A DNA stretch of 63,274 nucleotides, the filler included, from Octopus bimaculoides (lineage: Eukaryota): assembly GCF_001194135.2 (NCBI RefSeq). It is 7 parts of 6 records of this genome, joined end to end, with 100 filler letters (N's around TTAATTAATTAA, not from the genome) between each part and the next. Parts side by side here need not be neighbours in the genome. Positions count along the whole stretch, not along the records: positions 51,118 to 63,274 come from NC_069005.1; 6 more parts are not named here. One strand, 5' to 3'. Both the position numbers and the translations under genes were made by a program. The notes under the pieces were generated by a model. The model saw nothing but the letters and a program-made list of their open reading frames with translations. It made no database searches and was not told where the DNA came from. How positions within the stretch are numbered: the first letter of the stretch is position 1; the number at the start of each line of letters is the position of its first letter. Below are positions 51,396 to 63,100 of the stretch, piece by piece.

Positions 51396-52014
51396 GGTTT
51401 GAAATTTTGGCATAGAGCCAACAGTTTCTGAAGGAAGGTGGAAGTTGATTATATCAACCCCGCAGTACTTGATTGGTGATTATTTTATTGACCCTGAAAG
51501 AATGGAAGGCAAAGTATAACTTAGGCACAAGGCTAGCAATTTTGAAGGGAGCAAGTTGGTCGATACTACCAACATCAGTCCTTGATTGGTAATTTATTTT
51601 ATTGACACTTGAGGGGTAAAAATCAAAGCCAACCCCAGTGGGAATTGAATCTCAGAAGGTAAAAAAAAAAAAACAGAACAAATACTGCAACTCTAACACT
51701 ATCAACCAACTCTGCCAGCTTGCTTGCTACCTTTAAATAATATTGGCATTTGATTTAGCCACAAAGCCAGCAATTTTGAGGGGAGGGGGAGAAATAGTCA
51801 ATGCTACGGACAACAATACTGCCCTTGGCAGAAGTTGAATTCAGAAGATAAAAGAGTTGGAAGAAATATCACAATGCACTTTTTTCCAATGCTCTACCAG
51901 CTATGCAAAAAATTAGGGAGTGGGTAGAGTTGATTAAATCAGCCCCAATATTTGACTGGTACTTATTTTCTTGAGCTTGCGAGGACAAAAGGCAAAGATG
52001 ATCTTGGCAAGATT

Positions 52015-52048
<34 letters not shown>

Positions 52049-52453
52049 TGATGATGATGATGATGATGATGATAATTATAATAATAACAATAATCTTTTC
52101 TGCTAAAGGCACAAGGCCTGAAATTTTGGCAGATGGAATTAGTTGATTATATTGACCCCAGTACTCAGTTGGTACTTATTTTATTGATCCCAAAAAGATG
52201 AAAAGCAAAGAATTTGAAAATAATAATAATGATAATAATAATAATAATAACAATAATCCTTTCTACTAAAGGCACAAGGCCAGAAATTTGGGGGTGGGGA
52301 GGGGCCTAGTCGATTACACTGGTAATTAGTTTCATCCTGAAAGGATGAAAGACAAAGTTGACCTCGGTAGAATTTGAACTCAGAACATAAAGACAGATGA
52401 AATACCACTAAGCATTTCACCTGGCCTGATAACTATTCTGCTAGCCCACTGCC

Positions 52454-52488
<35 letters not shown>

Positions 52489-53278
52489 TTATTTTTTATT
52501 GCCCACAGGGGGCTAAACATAGAGGGGACAAATAATGGGATTAAGTTGATTACATCGACCCCAGTGCGTAAATGGTACTTAATTTATCAACCCCGAAAGG
52601 ATGAAAGGCAAAGTCGACCTTGGTGGAAATTGAACTCAGAACGTAGCGGCAGACGAAATACCGCTAAGCATTTCGGCCGACATGCTAACGATTGTGCCAG
52701 CTCATTGCCTAATAATAATAATAATAATAATAAAAATAATAATAGTAATTTTTTCTAATTTTTGCATGAGGCCAGAAATGTTGAGCTGCAGGCAAGTTGA
52801 TTACAATGACCCTAAAAGGATGAAAGACAATGTTGATCTCGGTGGAATTGGAACCCAGAACATAAAGAGTCAGAAGAAACGCCAACGAAGCATTTTGTCG
52901 AACTTGCTAATGATTCTACCAGCTTGTTACCAATGATTCTACCAACTTAATAATAATGATAAAGGTTTCTTATTTCGGTACAATACCGGCAATTTTCAGG
53001 AATGGAAGGAATAGTTGATACCACGAACCCCAGTATATGACTGGTACCTTATTTTATCAGCCCTGAAGGGTAATAATAATTCTTTCTAACTTTGACACAA
53101 GGCCTGTAATTTTGAGGGGAGAAGTAAGTCAATTAGACAGGGCCTGGTGCTCAACTATTACTTATTTCATAGACCCTGAAAGGGTAAAAGGCAAACTGAT
53201 GTTGGCAGGGTTTGAAATCAGAGTGTTAAGCAAGTTTCTTTTTTTTTCTGGTGCAGTAACAATTCTGCCAAATTGCAG

Positions 53279-53310
<32 letters not shown>

Positions 53311-53460
53311 GGTTATGATGATGATGATATTGGTTTCAAATTTTGGCACAAGGCCAGCAATTTCAGGGGAGGAGCTAAGTCGATTACATTGCCCCCAGTG
53401 CTCGACTGGTACTTATTTTATCGACCCCGAAAGGATGAAAGGCAAAATCGGCCTTGGTGG
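51140..53460 (-). mobile_element. Head-to-tail array of about 12 full or partial family A SINEs separated by (AAT)n/(GAT)n
   Basis: Recurrent GGCACAAGGCC, TACTTATTTTATTGACCC, GAAAGGATGAAAGGCAAAG and GAATTTGAAC blocks, all in the same orientation. Confidence 0.85.
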
Positions 53461-53552
53461 AATAATAATAATAATAATGATGATGATGATGATGATGATG
53501 ATAATGTTAGCAACAACAATATATCATCATTTTTGTGCAAGAAGCTGCATCT

Positions 53553-53764
53553 CTATTCGAGCTTCACATTTGTGGTGGATGTATTGGCATGGCAAATAAA
53601 ATCACTTTTGAGACAACGATAGAAGAGGATAATGTTCATCACGGTGGTTGTGGTTAGGCCGATGTTTGCAAGTACATAAAAGAAGAATGGCACTTGGGCT
53701 TTGTTGATGACAATCCACCGAGTCATCCAGCACAGCGCTGCGATACGGAATATGATGAACGTAC
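53553..53764 (-). CDS. TLCD2: TLC-domain protein (TLCD1/2-like), last coding exon with stop
   Basis: Minus strand: TTTTTCTCTATTTCAG|GT ACG TTC, phase 1. Encodes (G)TFIIFRIAALCWMTRWIVINKAQVPFFFYVLANIGLTTTTVMNIILFYRCLKSDF...KLE* (TAG at 53553-53555), including the TLC FR motif and final TM helices. Confidence 0.88.
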
Positions 53765-54214
53765 CTGAAATAGAGAAAAACAATAGCATAAAAATAAAAT
53801 GACATTAACAAATGGGTTTTTTTTCCTCTTTTTTTTTTAATAATTAAAACTGAGAGGTTTAATGTTAATATTGTGTTGTGTATATATATATATATATATT
53901 AGTTTATGTATATATTACTATTATCTCAGTTATTAAAACCTTTGATAATGTAAATATGTTACTAGTTACCAGAGGTAGCAAAATTACACTAAAAAACAAG
54001 ATGTCACAGCCGTTTTACAGGTAGAGATACCAAGTTAAAGTGATGCATTTTGAGAAGATATGGATAATAATAATAAATGGAGCAAAACGCATGTCAATAA
54101 GTTCCTTTAATTCCTACACATGTTTCAAAATATATATATGTATATATATATCGATGTTAGACTTGTAGATTTCAGTGGTGCAGTATGGTATATACATACA
54201 TATATATATATATA

Positions 54215-54290
54215 TTTTTATATATGACGTTGACCACTAATGTGTAGCACATTGAATGTCCACGTTAGTGGTCAACGTCATATATAAAAA
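54215..54290. other. Perfect 26-bp inverted repeat (hairpin) in the last TLCD intron
   Basis: TTTTTATATATGACGTTGACCACTAA (54215-54240) is the exact reverse complement of 54265-54290. The 24-nt spacer is itself partly paired. Confidence 0.92.
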
Positions 54291-54414
54291 CGTACTTTAA
54301 TCCCCTGAGATTGCAGATACTGTTTCTGAATCTCTTTGATTCTTTAAATGTGCTAGCTTCCTGGTAATTAATCGATATTAATTAATATATGATTTTTTGC
54401 CATATTTTTTGATA

Positions 54415-54456
<42 letters not shown>

Positions 54457-55230
54457 GGCAGGCTTCTTACCCAAGGCACCACACAGTGGATCTGAACCTG
54501 AAATTATGTGGCTGAGAAGTAAGCTGCTTTGCACACAGCCAAGCCTGCACCTATAAATGACTAACTGACCTGCCAATGCAGAGTATAACAAATTCCAATT
54601 GCAAATAATTATGCAGGAAGTAGACGAAATAATTTCAATGACTAATATCACTTTTATCAATTCACTTGGTAAAGGGAGACAACTTCAGAAATGTTTCAGT
54701 GCTATTAAATCTTGTCAGGAAAGTATATTTGCCAACAAAGTAGTAGTGAGTGAATTACTAAGATGTACGAAGAGCATATGTGTGTGTGTGTGTTGGGGGG
54801 GGGGGAGGAATGCAGGATTAAGAAAAAAGACAAAACAAAAATTAAAATATTTCAAGCAACATACCCTCAACAATAATGCATCAGTGTGTGTATGTTTGTG
54901 TGTATGTAATACATCTATGAATGTATATATACACACATACACACATGTAGGCACAACCACTACCCTAAACCCACTGCTACCATCACTACCACTGTTTGCA
55001 TTACTACTACTACCACTGATGGTGCTGCTGCCACCACCACCTCTCCTCCTACCCACAGAATTTTATTGTAACTCTTTCCTGTGGGTGTGTTCTCCCTGAG
55101 TGAGTATAAAATTTCATGTTTTATCCACAACTGTGTACAAACACCATGACTGTTGGCAGTGAGCCACTCGTGAGTGGACTACCAGTTACAAAGCTGAAGT
55201 GAAGACCAAATATATGGTGCATGTGTTTAA

Positions 55231-55452
55231 CCCTTTCGTTACCAACCTGGCTGAAACCGGCTCTGATTCTGTAGCAGAAATGTCTTGTTTGCGTAAGTTT
55301 TGAATTAAAATCTTCCAGCAAACCTTAGTGACAATTTATGTTCTTAACTCTAGCTTAATGATAACGAAATTATTTTACTAAATTCTTTGTTATATTTAAA
55401 ATTAACTGAAAGAAACACAGAGCATTTCAACAGAAATATGGTAACAAAAGGG
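55231..55452. mobile_element. piggyBac-like MITE; truncated second copy at 55477-55632
   Basis: TTAA|CCCTTTCGTTACCA...TGGTAACAAAAGGG|TTAG. The second copy starts TTAA|CCCTTTGATACCA. Confidence 0.8.
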
Positions 55453-55648
55453 TTAGCATCACCATGATATTTTTAACCCTTTTGATACCAACCCGGTTGA
55501 AACCGCTTCTGGTTCTGTCGTACAAATTCTTGTTTTCAAAAGTTTTGAATTAAAATCTTCCACCAAACCTTAGTCACAAATTATGTTCCTAACACTAGCT
55601 TAATGATAACTAGGTTGTTTTACTAAATTCTTTTTTTGAGACACTCAC

Positions 55649-55820
55649 CTAAATTAAGAAGGCTGGTAAGTCTGTATAATGATGATTTCTTATCAACTTT
55701 ATGTATCGTCAGTAACTGGCGGAAGTGAAGAAAGATGGAGTTGATCTCAACTAGAAGCGCCACAAGCATGTAGCCGACGCTTTTGTATGTTAGAACAGGG
55801 AATGAGAAAGCAATTAGAAT
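55649..55820 (-). CDS. TLCD2: TLC-domain protein (TLCD1/2-like), internal exon (absent from the ORF track)
   Basis: Minus strand: TTTCTTTTTCAG|ATT...TTA G|GTGAGT, 172 nt, phase 0 to 1. Encodes ILIAFSFPVLTYKSVGYMLVALLVEINSIFLHFRQLLTIHKVDKKSSLYRLTSLLNL with the TLC E-x-N-S-x-F-L-H-x-R motif. Confidence 0.9.
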
Positions 55821-56004
55821 CTGAAAAAGAAATAAAGAAATAATTTTAAGTGATACATATAAGCATGATTGTACGGTTAAGAATTTTGCTTTGCAACTGC
55901 AGTTTCAGACAAATGCCTTAGGCTGAATAATGTCTTCTGGCATAGACAAAATCTACAGGAAGTCAGTTGTGTGCGTGTGTGTGTGCGTGCGCACGCGCAT
56001 GCGT

Positions 56005-56415
56005 GTGTATTACTCTTTTACTTGTTTCAGTCATTTGACTGCGGCCATGCTGGAGCACCACCTTTAGTCGAGCAAATCGACCCCAGGACTTATTCTTTGT
56101 AAGCCTGGTACTTATTCTATCAGTCTCTTTTGCTGAACCGCTAAGTTACGGGGACGTAAACACACCAGCATCGGTTGCCAAGCGATGTTGGGGGGACAAA
56201 CACAGACACACACACACACATACATATATATATGTATATACATATATACGACGGGCTTCTTTCAGTTTCCGTCTACCAAATCCACTCACAAGGCTTTGGT
56301 CGGCCCGAGGGCTATAGTAGAAGACACTTGCCCAAGGTGCCACGCAGTGGGACTGAACCCAGAACCATGTGGTTGGTAAGCAAGCTACTTACCACACAGC
56401 CACTCCTGCGCCTAT
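56005..56415 (-). mobile_element. Family B SINE, full length and CpG-intact (young)
   Basis: Complete head-to-tail match; further B pieces at about 54455-54545 (-), 57140-57310 (+), 61209-61540 (+) and 62680-62875 (-). Confidence 0.88.
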
Positions 56416-56680
56416 GTGTGTGCATGAAAGTGTGTGTATGTGTGCGTGTGTGTGTGTTATATTTGCATCATCTTATTGGATAATAATCAGCTCACACACA
56501 GCCTGATTGTTCTGATTTACATTCATTCATGCATGTGTACAGGTATGTCTTTTCAGGCAGGTGGGTTTGTATGTGATGTAATAAAAGAAATGGCAGTAAC
56601 TTGGTTCAAATCTTTTCAATGCCACTAGCATAAATCAAACAGCATTTTTTTTTTTTGTCCGGTGATATTAAATTACTTAC

Positions 56681-56763
56681 CACAACATGATGGATTAAAA
56701 GCTCTAAAGATTTTCGGGACCAGTCATTTACGACCATATCTACAATATCATGGAGGAAGTAAC
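56681..56763 (-). CDS. TLCD2: TLC-domain protein (TLCD1/2-like), internal exon
   Basis: Minus strand: long pyrimidine tract, CAG|GT TAC TTC...GTT GTG|GTAAGT, 83 nt. Encodes (G)YFLHDIVDMVVNDWSRKSLELLIHHVV with the TLC GYFxxD and HH motifs. The symbol is a best family match; TLCD1 versus TLCD2 is not resolved. Confidence 0.88.
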
Positions 56764-58679
56764 CTGAAGAAGAAAACAAAGAAAGTAAAAAAAAAAAAAA
56801 AATTGTAAGAATTCTCAATTTGGCAGAAATAAAATATTACACTAAAACTAGTTCAAAATAGTTTTCAACAGAAAAAAAAACAAAAAAAACAGGTTTTCCT
56901 GTACACATAGGACTTGAACCCACACCTCTTTGTTGCCCTGGAGAATAGAGTTTTGTCATGTATTCACATCTCACAGTGGTTGACTTAACCATTTGTCCTC
57001 TCCAGTGTTGATTAATATACATACATATACATATAGTACTAGACAGATGAAATACTTCTAAGCATTTCACCCGGCTTGCTAACGTTTCTGCCAGCTCACT
57101 ACCTTGCTCAAAGGATAAATATTAAAGCTTATGTAGGTACAAGCATGGCTGTGTGGTTAAGAAGCTTACTTCCCAACAGCACAATTTTGGGTTCAGTCCC
57201 ACTGTATGGAAACTTGATAAAGGTCTTTTATTACAGCCCTAGACCAAACAAAAGCCTTATGAGTAGATTGTAGATTTAGTAGATGGAAACTGAAAGCCCA
57301 TTATATATATATGCTTGTGTGTATGTGTGTGTGTGTGTGATTGGTGCGTTGTCTGTTCACTGGTTAGCTGGTTCATTAACTGACTGGTTGGCTGCACAGA
57401 TGGTGAGCTGGTTGGCTGTACATCACCAAATGCATATGTATGTATGTGTGTGCATTTTGGTCTTCTTGTTTTGACATTGTATGGTAGTTATAAGTAAGTG
57501 TCACTACCATGCATTTGATGTTCTTTGGTTCCAATATTCCATAAAAAAAACATATTCCATAAAAAAAACATATCTGAGAACAGGTAAGATTTGATGACAG
57601 GAAGGGCATCCAGCCAGTCAAAATTCTGCCTCATTGAGTAGTTTCTGACTCAAGCAATCATGAAAAAGTGAACATTAAAACAAAGAAATATCTAGCAACA
57701 AGGTTCTTCGCATCATCAACGACAGTCATTTCTTACATATTTATTTCTCTGTGGCAGTTATTAGATTATTCAACAGTCAGTTTCTTCAATTATAAGTTTA
57801 TTTATCATCTGCGTCTTATATAACTATACACTGACCTACTTACAATCTACACATTTTAATATGGTAGCTTCTCATTGGTTCTTTCTGGACTTTGAATTTT
57901 CAGCCTGTTTCTTTGGGCTTCAGCTGATTTCTGCTTAAAACAACCAGGACGAGGTTAGTCTATTGGTGTCAAATGTCAGTTTGTAGCAAAAACATTGTTC
58001 TCTCTCCGCCCACCCCCACCCCGTTAGTCATACTTTATCATAGTACAGATTTAATTATTCATATGCTTGAGTTTTGACTGAAATACTGTTATGTTTACAA
58101 CAAGATATCAAACATGCCAAAATCCTGAGATATCAGTTTAGGATTGTTTAAATGATGTCTTTTCTCAACAAACAACAACTTCTATGAAAAATTTTGTCCA
58201 AAAGTAACTGACATTTGAGACTTTTTTTCCTTTTCTTTGTGTGTACACAAGTTTGTACACCATCCCCTTGCATAACATAGCAATTGTTAACGACCAATCA
58301 AAATTGACTGCTCTACAAAGTTACACAGTGTTCCATTAAGACAATGACAGTCATCCTCATTGGTTTATTGTCCACTTCTCCATTCTTGCATGGGTCTGAT
58401 GGAATTTGCTGAGGCAGATTTTCTACAGGCAGATGCCCTTCTCGTTCCCAGCCCCCACCTCTTTCTAAGCACAGTGATATTTACTCTTATGAAAGACTGA
58501 AAAACTGGAAACAAGGAACGCAGTTTGTATGGTGACAATGAGGTTTCTTTAATAACTATTGTGCGATGTCAAGACAAGGAGACTCAACCATTCATGCATA
58601 CATCTATGTGCACACATATGCATATATATATATATGTATAGATGTAAGTATGTACATATACGTATGTATATATGCATAA

Positions 58680-59070
58680 ACATTCGAGCGAGATCGTTGC
58701 CAGTGCCGATGCACTTGCTCCTGTGCAGGTGACACGTAATACACCATTTCGAGCGTGGCCTTTGCCAGTAAGACATCCGAGCGAGATCGTTGCTAGTGCC
58801 CCTGGACTGGCCCTTGTGCAGGTGGCACATAAAATACACCATTTCGAGCGTGGCCGTTGCCAGTACCCGCCTGACTGGCCCTCGTGCCGGTAGCACGTAA
58901 AAGCACCCACTACACTCTCCGAGTTGTTAGGAAGGGCATCCAGCAGTAGAAACTCTGCCAAATCAGATTGGAGCCTGGTGTCACCTCCTGGTCCATCAGT
59001 CCTCAGTCAAATCGTCCAACCCATGCTAGCATGGAAAGCGGATGTTAAACAACGATGATGATGATGATAT
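58680..59070 (+). mobile_element. Family D element with about 3 tandem units; reverse copy at about 62215-62405
   Basis: Same units and (GAT)n tail as 42653-43108. Confidence 0.8.
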
Positions 59071-59588
59071 TATTTATATTATTATATGATTGAACACCAC
59101 GCATCCTCTTCCAAGTAAGTTTTATCTATCTATCTATCTATATATCTATATATATATATATGGGAGAATGTACGAAAAAACAACAACAGACGAGGACAGG
59201 TGGTGTAAACAACAAAAGGATGTATTAATTTGACGCTCGGGAATACGGAAAGTCTTTAACGTTTCGAGCTACGCTCTTCAACAGAAAGAATACGGAGACA
59301 AGGAGAAAAACACGGAGAAAAAAAAATTGAATAGTGTTCAGTCAACGGTCAATCATAGTAATCATATTATATATATATATATATATATATAGTATTAATA
59401 AAATAGATGGAAAAAGTAATAGATTTTATTGGGTACAACACATGTTTTGACACATTCTGGGTCTCTTTGGGTACATCAAGAAAAGTCTCACTAGAGATCC
59501 AGCTGGGGAACACATACGCCATTGAAACCGGGAAACCAGGCTCATGAGCCTGGCTAGGCTTTAAAAGGGCACATTATTTATTTATATA

Positions 59589-60133
59589 CTAGCAGAAATA
59601 CCCGGCTTTGCCAGGGTTAAAGAGAATAATGAAATCTAAAAAAGCTGTCTACACTACGCAACCCTCAACTGTTAGTAGCTACGATACCATATTTCTATAT
59701 TAATAACTCTCCAATCCATGCCAGCATGGAACATAGACATTAAGTGGAATGCCAGTCTCTCATCTGGGAAGGCCTTGAAATCAATGTTACCAACTGGGGA
59801 CTATGTGCGTCGCAGTGATAATAAAAAGACTCAAAGGAGGTCTGCAACGAAATAATTTTACTCAACACTTTGCAAGTGAATCAGTGGAGGCAAAGATGCG
59901 TCTCATTTACTTGACAATTTATGCACCACATTNNNNNNNNNNGAGATATGATGTTGCTGTGGGCTCGAACTATGCAAGAAGTTAAAATTTTTTGACTAAA
60001 ACACAACTGGAACCCTAAGTAAGACATGTGTAAAATTTGAATGAAATTGGTTGTGTAGTTCTCGAGTTTTAGGGAAACACACAGACAGACAGACAGACAG
60101 ACACACACACATTCTCATTTTTATATATATAGA
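59589..60133 (-). mobile_element. Complete non-autonomous Helitron (545 bp)
   Basis: Minus strand: A|TCTATATATATAAAAATGAGAATG...ACCCTGGC-AAA-GCCGGGT hairpin, ATTTCTG, CTAG|T. This gives a TC...CTAG element at an AT site with no TSD. Confidence 0.88.
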
Positions 60134-60167
60134 TACCTATATATCAACCTGTCTATCTGTCTATCTA

Positions 60168-60198
<31 letters not shown>

Positions 60199-63100
60199 GT
60201 CTGTCTGTCTGTCTGTCTGTCTACCTACCACCACACAGTAAAAGTGAACATGGGGCTTTGTGATTGCAAAACAAACTGCTTAATTATTTGGCCATTTCAT
60301 GGTGTAGTGGTTAGGGTGTCAGGCTCTTGATCATAAAGTCATAGGTTCAATTCTGGCCCAGTGGTGTGATGTATCCTTGAAGGAAGCTATACATTTCATA
60401 TTGCTTCAGTTTACCCAACAGAAAATGAGTATGTACCCCCCCCCCCCACCGTGTTGGAGCAGCTCTTTCTCTTTCCTGAATGTTCTACTAGGTCATGATG
60501 AAAGGTAAGAGTGGTGAGAATGTTTCTATGTCAGCTCACAAGGCACCTTAAACAATTCACAAAATCCTGATACATGCTACCAGCATTGACTCATTTGTGA
60601 GTGACTGGCATGGTTGATTGCACATGGATGCATATCTGTCATATACCTAAATTAGGTTACCTATGAACCTATGAAACAAAGAGGCTCATATCTTTTATTG
60701 TCAAGTACTGGACTATAAATATATATACATATNNNNNNNNNNNNNNNNNNNNNNNNNNNNNNNNNNNNNNNNNNNNNNNNNNNNNNNNNNNNNNNNNNNN
60801 NNNNNNNNNNNNNNNNNNNNNNNNNNNNNNNNNNNNNNNNNNNNNNNNNNNNNNNNNNNNNNNNNNNNNNNNNNNNNNNNNNNNNNNNNNNNNNNNNNNN
60901 NNNNNNNNNNNNNNNNNNNNNNNNNNNNNNNNNNNNNNNNNNNNNNNNNNNNNNNNNNNNNNNNNNNNNNNNNNNNNNNNNNNNNNNNNNNNNNNNNNNN
61001 NNNNNNNNNNNNNNNNNNNNNNNNNNNNNNNNNNNNNNNNNNNNNNNNNNNNNNNNNNNNNNNNNNNNNNNNNNNNNNNNNNNNNNNNNNNNNNNNNNNN
61101 NNNNNNNNNNNNNNNNNNNNNNNNNNNNNNNNNNNNNNNNNNNNNNNNNNNNNNNNNNNNNNNNNNNNNNNNNNNNNNNNNNNNNNNNNNNNNNNNNNNN
61201 NNNNNNNNTAGCACCTTGGGCAAGTGTCTTCTATTATAGCCTCGGGCCGACCAAAGCCTTGTGAGTGGATTTGGTAGACGGAAACTGAAAGAAACCCGTC
61301 GTATATATGTATATATATATGTATGTGCGTGTATATGTTTGTGTGTCTGTGTTTGTTCCCCCAACATTGCTTGACAACCGATGCTGGTGTGTTTACGTCC
61401 CCGTAACTTAGCGGTTCAGCAAAAGAGACCGATAGAATAAGTACTAGGCTTCCAAAGAATAAGTCCTGGGGTCGATTTGCTTGACTAAAGGCGATGCTCC
61501 AGCATGGCCGCAGTCAAATGACTGAAACAAGTAAAAGAGTATATATGCACACGTAATGAGCTTATTTCAGTGACCATCTAATAAATCCACTTACAAGGCT
61601 TTTGTATTTCTATAATTTTAGGCCTTTCTCTAGATGTGAGAATTTTGCTTCTTTCTAATGAAACCCATGATTTATATCATTCCTTATTGTCTTTAAGGCT
61701 GCCTCCATGTTTTCACCAGCCACAAATCAATTTTCCAGTTGTAGTGATGGTGGTGGTGGTGATGGGTGGTCCTTGTTGTCGCTCAGCTGACCAGTTGCCA
61801 TGCTGTTTGGCATATTCAATAACTTGTAGCTTGAAACTCTGTGTGTGTGTGTGTGTGTGTGTATGTATGCATATATGTACGTATGTATGCATGCATGTAT
61901 ATATCTGTATGTAAGACTCTTCAGTGCTTAGTAACAAGTCTAGTGTTGTAGAGAGAGTGAGAGAGACGGACAGACAGAGAGACATTGTCAGCAGAATAAT
62001 ATAACCAAACAGTAACAGATGGCATCTACTCCTATGGGAGAACGTCTGTCAGCTTAGAAATGGTTTGTGAGGCAACATTGTAGTTGATACACCATAAACA
62101 AAATGAAACAAATGGCATTTTCTGAACAGTGCAGGTAAACTCTTGTAAACTTCTTCTGAGTTGCCTTCAATACATTACAAAACTAACAAATATGCTAATG
62201 GCAGCACTCTTCATTGTCACCATCGTTGTTTAACGTCTGTTTGCCATGCTGGCATAGGTTCGATGGTTTGATTGAAGAATGGCAACCCAGTAGGCTGTAC
62301 CAGGCTCCAATCTGATTTTGGAAAGGTTTCTACAGCTGGATGCCCTTCCTAACGCCAACTACTCCAAGAGTGTAGAAGGGTGCTTTTTACATGCCACCGG
62401 CACATACATTTCATTTTTAATGACCTGATACATACATATACCTATATATGATTCGCCATGATAGATCGCTGACCACTACATTTATATTCTTTTTCTCCTT
62501 GTTTCTCTCCTTATTTCTTTCTGTGTTCCTTTCAGTTGAAGAGTGTAGCTCGAAACGTCAAAGACTTTCTCTATTCCCGAGTGTTAAACTAATACATCCA
62601 TTTGTTGTTTACACCACCTGTCTTCGTCTGTTGTTTTTTTCGTAAATTCTCCCATATATACATATATATATATAGTGGAACTGAACCTGGAACCTTGTGG
62701 TTGGGAAGCAATGAGCTTCCACACAATTTCCCCAAACCAAATTCACTCACAAGGCTCTGGTTGGCCTGGAGCCATACTGGAAGACACTTGTTATAGGGTG
62801 CCACACAGTGGGACCGAACCTGAAGTCACATGGTTGAAAGCAAGTTTCTTAACCACACAGCAATATGCTTGCACCAATATTTAAAAGAAAATGATAAAAA
62901 CAAAAACAAAAAAAAGACATAAAGGGAGACAGAATAAGCAACATATTTACTCGTAGTTTTCGCTGGATTAGGGCTGATCCAGGACCAAACTACAGCAACT
63001 ACCACCACCAACATGGTTCTATGAAACTCAATCGGACTGATAATACACTTGCCATCCCCCCCCCCACCACCACCTAAAGTTAATTAATTTACAAACAATG

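Noticed and set aside
54599-55099. 166-aa + strand ORF
   Set aside because: No LBD motifs, it runs into simple repeats, and it lies antisense in a TLCD intron.
57894-57953. + strand exon-like segment reading LFLWASADF
   Set aside because: Only a vague likeness to LBD helix 5, wrong phase for the phase-0 donor at 42488, and a weak donor.
60492-60504. 13-nt AG...GTAAGA microexon candidate
   Set aside because: Frame-shifting length, no homology, and expected by chance.
61636-61914. ORF starting RILLLS, reminiscent of DQxLLL
   Set aside because: The acceptor phase is incompatible and the remainder is unlike an LBD.
215-63014. Most ORF-track entries ([20 protein letters not shown], poly-X)
   Set aside because: They are translations of microsatellites and N gaps with no coding signal.
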